Source of the DNA: a bacterium
Lineage (GTDB): Bacteria; Zhuqueibacterota; Zhuqueibacteria; Residuimicrobiales; Krinioviventaceae
Length of the DNA stretch: 64,000 nucleotides
Reading direction: 5' to 3'
Assembly (NCBI GenBank): GCA_963693055.1
Contig: OY843751.1
Location: forward strand, 4,704,001 to 4,768,000
The position numbers and the translations under genes were made by a program. Below are positions 20,126-29,115 of this stretch, one piece after another (the first letter of the stretch is position 1; each line of letters starts with the position of its first letter). The notes below the pieces were generated by a model. That model saw only the letters and a program-made list of their open reading frames with translations. It was not told where the DNA came from and did not search any database.

Positions 20126-21544
20126 TTATACAACCCGCAAATAATCAACCATGGAGCATCTGCGCATGCGTGTAAATGTGCGCGCGGAAGTAATTCCTTC
20201 TCCGGTTGGGCTGGCAATACTATGGCTCAAATACCCTTCGCCACCAATACCAAGTCCCGCAAAGGATGGCCCGTTTTTCACAAACAAAGTACAGTTCATC
20301 AACTTTGCCATCTTGGTCATATTTTCAACATTTTTCGAGTGCATGAGTGCAGTATGTCTAAAATTGTGTTCTACTTTTTGGGCCAAAAGTATAGCTGCGT
20401 CAACATTGGGTGAACGTAAAAAGGGTAAACAATTCATCATTTGTTCGGCAACAACAAAGGGGTGATCATTCGGAGTTTCTGCAAACAACATTTCAGTATC
20501 CGCGGGGATGCTTATACCCAATGCATCCGCCAGATAGTGTGCATCTTTACCAACAAACTCGCGGTTCAGAACAGGTTCACCAGATCCTTTACCACCATCT
20601 TTAAAAACAATCTCTGCCAGACGGTCAATCTGTTCAAGAGTCAGTTCAAATGATTTATGTGTAACAAGCTGACGTTTCAATTCGTCGGCAATACTTTCAA
20701 CAGCAATAATAATTTTTTCGCCAATACATAACAAATTATTATCAAATGTAGCACCTTCAATAATGCTCCTGGCAGCATTGGCAAGATCTGCGGTTTCGTC
20801 TACTACAACAGGAGGATTACCAGGGCCAGCACAGATAGCACGTTTGCCCGCTTTCATAGCAGCTTTAACAACACCGGGACCACCGGTAATACATAATATA
20901 TTAACCTTGGGATGAGTGAACAAAGTTTGACCGGTTTCCATAGTAGGATTTTTCACACAGGTGATCAAATTTGCAGGTCCACCAACTTTGACTATTGCTT
21001 CATTGATCAATTGAACGGCATAATTGGTTACGTTCTTTGCACCTGGGTGAGCATTGGCAATAATTGAATTACCGGCTGCAATCATGCTGATTGCGTTATT
21101 GATCATAGTTGGTACAGGATGGGTCGAAGGTAAAATAGCTCCAATAGTACCAAAAGGTGCCATTTCTACAACCGTCAGTCCATGATCACCAGACCAAGCA
21201 ATGGTCTCCAGGTCTTCAACACCCGGGGTATGCTTTGAAGCCAGTTTACATTTTTGTATTTTATGTTCAACACGGCCCATTTTTGTTTCTGCAACCGTCA
21301 TTTGGCCAAACTCAACTGCATTGTCCTGACCTACCTGGCGAATGGCTTCAATGATATCTTTGCGCAATTCAATAGTGCTGTCAACCAGCTTGAGCTGTGC
21401 TTCATATGCCGCGTCTATTGCATCTTCAATATTATCAAATACACCGGTTGAACAGGTCGTGCAAGTGCTGGATGCACCTTTTTTTTCAACATTCAACTCG
21501 GTCAATACTCGCTGCACTATGGCAGATATTTGTTTTTCATCCAC
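20126..21544 (-). CDS. CoA-acylating aldehyde dehydrogenase (EutE/PduP family)
   Basis: PFG.IG...PSTHP, TGGPGVV, GPGNPP, catalytic FDNNLLCIGEK, PTGEG.T; N-terminal encapsulation-like helix QISAIVQRVLTEL. Confidence 0.9.
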   Translation of the reverse strand: MDEKQISAIVQRVLTELNVEKKGASSTCTTCSTGVFDNIEDAIDAAYEAQLKLVDSTIELRKDIIEAIRQVGQDNAVEFGQMTVAETKMGRVEHKIQKCKLASKHTPGVEDLETIAWSGDHGLTVVEMAPFGTIGAILPSTHPVPTMINNAISMIAAGNSIIANAHPGAKNVTNYAVQLINEAIVKVGGPANLITCVKNPTMETGQTLFTHPKVNILCITGGPGVVKAAMKAGKRAICAGPGNPPVVVDETADLANAARSIIEGATFDNNLLCIGEKIIIAVESIADELKRQLVTHKSFELTLEQIDRLAEIVFKDGGKGSGEPVLNREFVGKDAHYLADALGISIPADTEMLFAETPNDHPFVVAEQMMNCLPFLRSPNVDAAILLAQKVEHNFRHTALMHSKNVENMTKMAKLMNCTLFVKNGPSFAGLGIGGEGYLSHSIASPTGEGITSARTFTRMRRCSMVDYLRVV

Positions 21545-21570
21545 AGTATTATTCCCTTATCCAATACAAC

Positions 21571-21858
21571 CTATTTTTGATATACTACTTTACCCTTGAA
21601 TTCCATTGTATCAATAATACCAATGATACACGTATCCGTGGGTACACTTTCCATATTGACGGCCTGTCGCGCTGAACTGCCGCGAACCAGAATGACCATT
21701 TCATCAATTCCGGCGCCAACTGTATCTACAGCAATCACATTGCCAGATGATGCCTTGCCATCCGGTGAAACCAGATTTACGATCATCAACTTGCTGCCGG
21801 ACAATTTTTTGTCCTTGATGGTTGACACAACCGTACCAACTACTTTACCTAATTCCAC
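21571..21858 (-). CDS. EutN/CcmL-family microcompartment vertex (BMC-P) protein
   Basis: GKVVGTVVSTIK, AVDTVGAG, GSSAR, IIGIID; GTG start with AAGGAG RBS. Confidence 0.92.
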   Translation of the reverse strand: MELGKVVGTVVSTIKDKKLSGSKLMIVNLVSPDGKASSGNVIAVDTVGAGIDEMVILVRGSSARQAVNMESVPTDTCIIGIIDTMEFKGKVVYQK

Positions 21859-21868
21859 AATAACTCCT

Positions 21869-22573
21869 TTATGCGTTGCCTGATGTTATCAGTCCCTGGT
21901 CTGCAAAGCTGTAATAACTGTCTTTGCCAATAATAATATGATCAAGAACATTCACATCAAAATATTTACATGCGGCACTAATCTTTTCTGTAACATTTCG
22001 GTCTTCATGTGAGGGAGAAGGATTTCCACTCGGATGGTTATGCAGCAAAATAATGTTCGCCGCTGCTGCCTGTACCGCCTCCAGAATAATTTCACGTGGA
22101 GACACGACACTCTCACACAAACTTCCTTCAAAAAGTGTTTTTTCTTTCAGCACCTGGTTACGCGCAGACAGATACAACACTTTGAAAACTTCACGGCCCA
22201 GATCACGCATGCGCAAATGGACCAATTGATAAACATCATCAGAGCAGCTAATGTGCTCATTCTCCCGCCATTTCTGTTTAACCAGCCGTTTAGACAATTC
22301 CAATGCTGATTTGATCTGACAGGCTTTTGCCAAACCGATCCCTTTTACCGTTTGTAACTGCTGGATCGATACAGCATCTAATCCACGAATTCCTCCAAAC
22401 TCTTTTAGCAGGCTGCGGGCCATATCCACGGATGTTACTTTGCCATTTCCCGTTCGTAAGATGATCGCCAACAGTTCCGCTTCAGACAGGGCCTCAGGTC
22501 CATTGTGCAGCATCCGCTCTCTGGGACGCTCGTCCTGCGGCCAATCCGGTATTTTCGTTCGATAGGTATCCAT
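21869..22573 (-). CDS. radC: RadC/UPF0758 JAB-domain protein (full length, with HhH)
   Basis: ERPRER, LSEAELLAIIL.TG, GIG.AKA, HNHPSG...PS..D, LDHIIIG. Confidence 0.9.
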   Translation of the reverse strand: MDTYRTKIPDWPQDERPRERMLHNGPEALSEAELLAIILRTGNGKVTSVDMARSLLKEFGGIRGLDAVSIQQLQTVKGIGLAKACQIKSALELSKRLVKQKWRENEHISCSDDVYQLVHLRMRDLGREVFKVLYLSARNQVLKEKTLFEGSLCESVVSPREIILEAVQAAAANIILLHNHPSGNPSPSHEDRNVTEKISAACKYFDVNVLDHIIIGKDSYYSFADQGLITSGNA

Positions 22574-22628
22574 GTATCACAAGTTAAAACAATATATTGC
22601 AATATTGAATAAAAATCAAGCATCAAAT

Positions 22629-22669
22629 AAAAAAAAGGGCCGGATTCTAAAACCCGGCCCACTTTTTTT
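22629..22669. terminator. Intrinsic terminator downstream of the 1793-aa gene (could act in both directions)
   Basis: A8-GGGCCGG-loop-CCGGCCC-AC-T7. Confidence 0.8.
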
Positions 22670-22702
22670 ATCTTGTATCCCTGCTTGGCAGGAAAATTTA
22701 TT

Positions 22703-25700
22703 TTATTTCAGGAACGACATCTTGATTGTGTTTACATAGTCTCCTGCGCGCATCTGCATAAAGTACAGACCGGTAGAAACCTGCAAGCCTAAATCATTCC
22801 GTCCATCCCATATTGCCGTATGGAATCCCGCTGCTTTTTGATCGTCTATCAGGGTGCGGATCTTTTGTCCATTAATGTTGTAAATATCAATCACAACGTT
22901 AGCCGCTTTAGGAACCTGATATTGAATCGTTGTCTGCGGATTAAACGGATTCGGATAGTTCTGCTCTAATTTAAAGGTTTTGGGCAATACTTTAGATTCT
23001 TCGATTCCGCTTTCAATAATACTTACCCATAAAGTATCGGATGATGTTTTCATACTGGTATCAACTTTTGATCTGGCGAATGCAACAATCGCATAATCAC
23101 CTTTTTCTGACCATTTATGCGCAGCGGTAGTATCTGCAGACCAGGCTGAAGCCGTGCCATCACCCCAGCTGAATTGATATTCCACGGTTTCACCAACAGT
23201 TGAAACAACCTTTGAAGTGGCAAAACCATAGTACTGATCAATCATCAAATTGGTTTGACCTTCAGGCATTGCAGGTTGAGCAATGGTCATTTGGCGCTGA
23301 CCCAATGTTAGATAACAGAATTCCAATACTTTGACATAAATATTGTTTTCATCATAGCTGAATATTTCAAGCACTGTCCATTCACCTGACAATACAGAGT
23401 AATAAAAAACAGTCAATTCTTCCGGACTATCTACACCCGCGCTATCGAGTACTTCCTGAGTATAAGGAATACTGATGGTTACGGAATCTGCAAATGTAAG
23501 ACCTGCCGGTCCAAAATGGATGGCAAGGGCCATACCGTGTGAACCTTCTGGTAATTCCGGATATCCATCAACCACACTGATACTGATCTCGGTTGTATCA
23601 ATCAATGCGTTTTCAGGAATTGATACTGCAATACCGGTTGTATCATCAAATACAATACCACCTGCAATTGTAAGTGTATCTTTAGCAGTATGGACTACTG
23701 ATGCTATACCGGTTTGAAATGTAAAAGAGGAATCAATACTGTTTGTAACAGGTGAAGTATCTTCACATTGAATATGCACGTTAATAGTGCTATCTGGTTG
23801 GAATGCTGTTTCCGGTTCATAGTAGACGATACAAGATTGACCTTTATACTCTACACTTGCGTAACCACCGGTTTGATCTGCACCATTTCTCAACACATCA
23901 ACACCCTCAACGGTAAACATCAACGTTGCCAAATTAACCGAAGTACCCAAATCGCGAAGCTTAAACTGTACGGGAGAGTTAACCGGTACTTTTTTCGAGT
24001 TGGGTGCGGGGAATGCATAAACAAGTTCAGGTGCGTCAACATCACCCGAGCTGAATGTTGCGGTAATGGTCATAGCAGAATCCATAACAACTGTGTCAGG
24101 ATTACTTTCGCTAAGCAGATCACCACTCCATTCAACAAAGACATAACCACTTTCTTCGTTGGGTATTGCGGTTACCGGTATTTCTTCACCCATATCAAAC
24201 CATGCACCAGGAGACGCAGGAGTTACTTCACCGCCATCTTCAGGGTCAACATGGGTTGAAAGATAGAACTGGGTCATATAGTTTGCTGTAAATGTGGTAT
24301 CCGTTTTGACCGTTACAACATGTTCACGTGATTTTTCATCACTCCAATCGGTAAAATAGTAGCGAATTCCGGTACCACCACTCTTTAATGTATCTGCACT
24401 AATTGTATGTATAGAATTTTCTTCCCAACTGAATGTAAATGGAGTTTTGTACTTCATACCATCAATACTTACAGTCAGACTTTCGGGTACTGTTGCAACA
24501 ACAACCTGTTTCAATCTTCCAAAAGAAGCGGTGACGGATTTGGGACCATCCATAACCAGGGTGTCTGGTGTTGCTTTGCCGGTCAAATCACCAGTCCAAC
24601 CAATGAAACGAAATCCGTTTGCTGTATCCGGTTCTGCAACCAATTCTACTTTTGCTTCCGCAGCGTACCAGTCACCTGGTGCAGGAGGAGTTACAGTACC
24701 ACCCTCTTCAGGATCAACTGCTGTAGTTAACAGATATTCAGTGTCAAACAAGGCACTATAAACCAGTACGCCATTGACAGTAATATTATGTGACTGTGCA
24801 CCGTCATCACTCCAGGTATCAAACTGATAACGAGTACCTTGACCACTAAACTGGGTTGTAGAATCTTCAGAAATTGCAATAGTATGAACTGATCCTGCTT
24901 CCCACTCGAAATCCTGAGGAGCAATGTAGGATTCTCCATCAACAACAATGGACCGTCCCGGAGGATCAGTTGTAATTCTTACGTCACCCAACTTTATAAA
25001 GTTTGCAACTATTTGTTTATTTCCATTCATGGTAACCGTGGTCAAATTTACATCTGCATCAGCTACACCACCGGTCCAGTTGGCAAAACGATAGCCTTCG
25101 GCAGCAATAGCTTCAAGAGAAACGACAGAGTCAACCCCAAGAACATATTGCCCAACTGCAGGATCAGTTGTACCTGCATTCTCCGGGCTTACAGAGATAT
25201 CCAAAGTAAACTCGTCCGGCTCAAAATGTGCCAGAACATTTTTATCTTTAGACATGACAACAGTTGTGGAAGCTTTTGTAGAATCCGTAACACCACCGGA
25301 CCATTTTACAAATCGGTATCCACTCAGGGCTGTTGCAGAAATATTTACAACCGCTCCACTGTCATAATCGTATTCTCCTGCTGTAGGTACAGTTGTACCA
25401 CCGCCAACAGGATCAGGACCAATGTTTAAAGTGTAGGTTATCTTTTCAAATTTGGCGGTTACGGTTTCATCCTGAATAATACGGATGGTCGAACTTGCGC
25501 TAGTAGTATCATCAACATTATTGCTCCAGCCTACAAATCTGTAACCGGCATTGGGAATTGCTGTCAAATCTACCAATGAATATGTATTATATGTATGCTC
25601 ACCCGGTTCAGGATCAGTAGTACCACCCTCTGCCGGATCAGCAACCATTGTTAATGTAAAATCCTGTTTACCAAATACAGCCAAAACAGTTTTATCGTTA

Positions 25701-28084
25701 TCAATAAATACAGTTGTGTTAGGATTGTAAGGATCCTCAACATTGCTGCTCCAATATTTAAAACGGAAACCTTCGGCAGGGAATGCCTGAATAGGTACTT
25801 GATCACCAATATCATAAACATGGTTACCAATAGCAGGGCTGGTTGTGCCCCAAGTATTTACATTTCTAGCCATGGTAAGTGTAGCTTCACGTTTTTCTTC
25901 AAAGTTCGCAGTAACGGTTTGACCGGTACCCGGTACAGTATAAGTATGGCTGCGGGCACCAGCATCGCTCCAGGAGGTAAATACATATGTTAATTCTCCC
26001 ACTTCCTGAATGGCATCAGTCGTAAGGGTATGATTACTGCCAACTACCCATGAAAAAGTTTGTGGCGTGGAATAGGTAACACCATCCACTGTAAAATCCA
26101 ATCCTGCTATACTGGTATTTACAGTAACATCAACAACCAGATTATAATTTGCTGTAACTGATTTTGGGGCATCCATTAATAAACTAGTAGGTGTAGTTGT
26201 ACCGCTTAGGCTACCTGTCCAGCCAACAAAATCATATCCACCAGCTACAGTTGTACTAATATTTGCTGTAGCACCTGCGTTATACCATTGTCCCGGAGGA
26301 GCAGGAGTTGTATTACCACCCGCATCAGGATTTTCTGTCATGGTAAGATAATATTGTGTCTGCCATGCAGCGGTAACTGTTTTTGGACCATCCATTGTAA
26401 AGCTATGGCTGGCATCGGTACCGCTATATGCTCCACTCCAGCTCTGGAATAGATGCTGAGTACCCGTTGAAACATCGGGTGTTGTAACGCCAAATGTAGC
26501 ACTGGCGCCAGAATTATACCAGGCTTCGCCGGTAGGACTGCCATGATCAGAAACAACATCAAGATAATACTGGGTAGTCCAGGCGGCTGTTACCGTCTTG
26601 GGACCATTCATAGTAATCGTATAACTGGATTCTGTACCGGTATGGTCTCCACTCCATCCGCTCAACACATAACGGGTTTCAGAGTCACCATCCGGAGTTG
26701 TTACCGATACGGTTGGTGTTGTTCCACCATTATGCCAGCCGGCTCCCTGGGGATTACCATGATCGGAATTTACAATCAATTGATATTGAGTTGTAAAATT
26801 CGCGGTAACCGTTTGATTTGTTGAAGGTACGGTATATGTTTGGGGATTTGTTCCTGTATTGCCCCAGTTGTAAAATACATATTGGGTACCTGCGCCCCCA
26901 CTCTGGGTTGTGCTTTCTACTTCAAGTGTATGCGTTTCACTTGAAACCCAGGTAAAGGTATGCGGGGCAGTATATGTAGTTCCATCCACTTCAAAATCTA
27001 AACCGGATGGACTTGTATTAATAGTAATATCAACTTCAGTTCCAAAATTTGCAGTAACGCTTTTGGCCGAGTTCATGGTCAGGTTTTGAGGCAGGGTTTT
27101 ACCTGTTAACGCTCCGGTAAAACCGGCCCACTGATAACCGGAATTGGTTGTGGTGTTGATTGACAATACGGTTCCGGAATCATGCCAGCCGCTGTCCTCA
27201 CTGATTGTACCACCAGCAGGAGGATTTACAGCAGTTGTTAAATAATATTGAGTTGTCCAGGCAGCCGTAACTGTCTTGGGACTATTCATAGTAATATTAA
27301 AACTGGTTTCACTGCCAGTATGATCTCCGCTCCAGCTATCCAATACATAACGGGTACCGCTGGTACCATCGGGAGAGGTAACCGAAACTCCAGCAAAAGT
27401 ACCGGCGTTTTTCCAACCTTGTCCTGTAGCACTACCATGAGCAGAATTGACGGTTAAATAATATTGTGTATCAAAATTTCCGGTTATTGTTGCATTGCTG
27501 GATCCCACCACATAAGTTTGCGGATTAGAGCTTGTATTGCTCCAGGCATCAAAAACATATTGTATTCCGGTAGCGCCACTCTGGGTTTCGTTCGCTACTT
27601 GAATACTATGAGATGAACCCTGCTCCCAGGGAAAGGTCTGTGATGATGTATAAGTTGTGCCATCAACAACAAATGCCCGACCAGCCGGGGAAGTGGTTAC
27701 TGTAATATCATGAGAGGGACGAATCAGTGTCAAAGTCCCAACATCTTGACCACCAGAATTGTCCAAAGTAACATCAGTTGAAACTGTACCACCACTGCCA
27801 TCAAATATATCAATATGTAAAACATCTCCTGCGTTCCACGTTAATTGATCTTTGAGCTGAATTGAAAACTCGTGTAGTACAGCATCATATTTCGAACCAG
27901 GAGCATCTTTATGTATTTGGGTTCCAGGGCTTGTTGAAATATAAGCATTCCAATCGACATCTGCAGGAAAAGAACCATCACTATATTGTAAATGACCACC
28001 AATAAGGTTAAACCCATCAGCAAAACTTTTACCTGTAAAGAATAAAAGAATGAATAAATAAAGTATTAATAGATTTTTTTTCAC
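22703..28084 (-). CDS. Large secreted repeat protein: many InlB-B/Flg_new-like repeats, ZU5-like and PKD-like domains, C-terminal sorting domain
   Basis: Signal peptide; recurrent G..Y.F..W(S/T)G...M..PK(T/S)VTA.(F/W); IPENAL...FGPAGLTF; LEQNYPNPFNP tail. Confidence 0.75.
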   Translation of the reverse strand: MKKNLLILYLFILLFFTGKSFADGFNLIGGHLQYSDGSFPADVDWNAYISTSPGTQIHKDAPGSKYDAVLHEFSIQLKDQLTWNAGDVLHIDIFDGSGGTVSTDVTLDNSGGQDVGTLTLIRPSHDITVTTSPAGRAFVVDGTTYTSSQTFPWEQGSSHSIQVANETQSGATGIQYVFDAWSNTSSNPQTYVVGSSNATITGNFDTQYYLTVNSAHGSATGQGWKNAGTFAGVSVTSPDGTSGTRYVLDSWSGDHTGSETSFNITMNSPKTVTAAWTTQYYLTTAVNPPAGGTISEDSGWHDSGTVLSINTTTNSGYQWAGFTGALTGKTLPQNLTMNSAKSVTANFGTEVDITINTSPSGLDFEVDGTTYTAPHTFTWVSSETHTLEVESTTQSGGAGTQYVFYNWGNTGTNPQTYTVPSTNQTVTANFTTQYQLIVNSDHGNPQGAGWHNGGTTPTVSVTTPDGDSETRYVLSGWSGDHTGTESSYTITMNGPKTVTAAWTTQYYLDVVSDHGSPTGEAWYNSGASATFGVTTPDVSTGTQHLFQSWSGAYSGTDASHSFTMDGPKTVTAAWQTQYYLTMTENPDAGGNTTPAPPGQWYNAGATANISTTVAGGYDFVGWTGSLSGTTTPTSLLMDAPKSVTANYNLVVDVTVNTSIAGLDFTVDGVTYSTPQTFSWVVGSNHTLTTDAIQEVGELTYVFTSWSDAGARSHTYTVPGTGQTVTANFEEKREATLTMARNVNTWGTTSPAIGNHVYDIGDQVPIQAFPAEGFRFKYWSSNVEDPYNPNTTVFIDNDKTVLAVFGKQDFTLTMVADPAEGGTTDPEPGEHTYNTYSLVDLTAIPNAGYRFVGWSNNVDDTTSASSTIRIIQDETVTAKFEKITYTLNIGPDPVGGGTTVPTAGEYDYDSGAVVNISATALSGYRFVKWSGGVTDSTKASTTVVMSKDKNVLAHFEPDEFTLDISVSPENAGTTDPAVGQYVLGVDSVVSLEAIAAEGYRFANWTGGVADADVNLTTVTMNGNKQIVANFIKLGDVRITTDPPGRSIVVDGESYIAPQDFEWEAGSVHTIAISEDSTTQFSGQGTRYQFDTWSDDGAQSHNITVNGVLVYSALFDTEYLLTTAVDPEEGGTVTPPAPGDWYAAEAKVELVAEPDTANGFRFIGWTGDLTGKATPDTLVMDGPKSVTASFGRLKQVVVATVPESLTVSIDGMKYKTPFTFSWEENSIHTISADTLKSGGTGIRYYFTDWSDEKSREHVVTVKTDTTFTANYMTQFYLSTHVDPEDGGEVTPASPGAWFDMGEEIPVTAIPNEESGYVFVEWSGDLLSESNPDTVVMDSAMTITATFSSGDVDAPELVYAFPAPNSKKVPVNSPVQFKLRDLGTSVNLATLMFTVEGVDVLRNGADQTGGYASVEYKGQSCIVYYEPETAFQPDSTINVHIQCEDTSPVTNSIDSSFTFQTGIASVVHTAKDTLTIAGGIVFDDTTGIAVSIPENALIDTTEISISVVDGYPELPEGSHGMALAIHFGPAGLTFADSVTISIPYTQEVLDSAGVDSPEELTVFYYSVLSGEWTVLEIFSYDENNIYVKVLEFCYLTLGQRQMTIAQPAMPEGQTNLMIDQYYGFATSKVVSTVGETVEYQFSWGDGTASAWSADTTAAHKWSEKGDYAIVAFARSKVDTSMKTSSDTLWVSIIESGIEESKVLPKTFKLEQNYPNPFNPQTTIQYQVPKAANVVIDIYNINGQKIRTLIDDQKAAGFHTAIWDGRNDLGLQVSTGLYFMQMRAGDYVNTIKMSFLK

Positions 28085-28118
28085 GTTGTACCTCTATCTA
28101 TTTATATGAATTGTATAA

Positions 28119-29102
28119 TTACCTGATCATAATCGCTTTTGAGCGTCTTGTCAGCGTTTCACCTTTTAATTCCAGAAAATACGTTCCGCTGCCCAGTTTA
28201 TCACCGGCATCGTTCTTGCCGTCCCAAACAGTCTGATATTCACCTGCGTTTTTATATTGCGCGATTAATGTTCTTACACGCTTTCCAAGGGTGTTATAAA
28301 CTGTCAACTTTACATACTGTGAACGATCGAGCCCGAAACTGATCATGGTTTCCGGATTAAAAGGATTCGGATAATTCTGCATTAACCGGATATCCTGCGG
28401 TGCTGACAACTGATCTGACGCTATTCCAACCGGATATTCCAGCGTTACAAGATCCGTACTGTCAGAATCCTGATCGGTTAGAATAATTTCAACAGATCCG
28501 GTTGCGGTTTGATTATCATCAATGTCAATATGCAAGGTATCACCTGCCGCCCAGTTTGAAAAATCCGTACATTCAAGCACAAACGCTCCAGTTGTATTGT
28601 CATAATAGGATGAATCTGTAGAACCCAAAATCTCATCAGGCCGGGTTGTTATAAAAGCAGTCCAGTTAATTGCAGCCGGAATAGTTTCATTTACATATTG
28701 AACAAAACCATATACCGGATGTTCTGTTTCCTGAACCTGTGTCAAAACAACAATACCCGCGTTATCATAGGCGTCATAGCTCAATACTACATCAAGGGTG
28801 GCAGCAAAATTCTGAGTATCTGTAAATTCCACATGCAAAGTTTCATCCGCCGCCCAACTGGAAAAAGCCGAACATTGAATCAAAAAATTACCGGTATTTT
28901 GATCATACATGGATGTTGTGGGTTGCTCAAAAACCAATACATCTTTAGGACGTGTGGTAATATATGCCGTCCAGTATATATCTTGCGGAAAGCTTTCATC
29001 CTCGTATTGCAGGGTACCTATTACACTATGCGGTGCAGCAGCAAAAAGAGACGCGTTGGCAAGGGTAAATAGCAATACAGCTAATATGTTAAATATTTTC
29101 AT
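28119..29102 (-). CDS. Secreted protein with two tandem copies of a ~100-aa uncharacterised domain + sorting domain
   Basis: Signal peptide; duplicated H.V.G..QY....P..I.WTA(Y/F)ITTRP...YD..TG.F...C..FS.WAA..TLH; LMQNYPNPFNP. Confidence 0.75.
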   Translation of the reverse strand: MKIFNILAVLLFTLANASLFAAAPHSVIGTLQYEDESFPQDIYWTAYITTRPKDVLVFEQPTTSMYDQNTGNFLIQCSAFSSWAADETLHVEFTDTQNFAATLDVVLSYDAYDNAGIVVLTQVQETEHPVYGFVQYVNETIPAAINWTAFITTRPDEILGSTDSSYYDNTTGAFVLECTDFSNWAAGDTLHIDIDDNQTATGSVEIILTDQDSDSTDLVTLEYPVGIASDQLSAPQDIRLMQNYPNPFNPETMISFGLDRSQYVKLTVYNTLGKRVRTLIAQYKNAGEYQTVWDGKNDAGDKLGSGTYFLELKGETLTRRSKAIMIR

Positions 29103-29115
29103 AGTGTTCCTGTCG

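Noticed and set aside
21869-22573. radC as a marker of a mobile element
   Set aside because: Full-length chromosomal-type RadC with no integrase, att site or mobile genes adjacent
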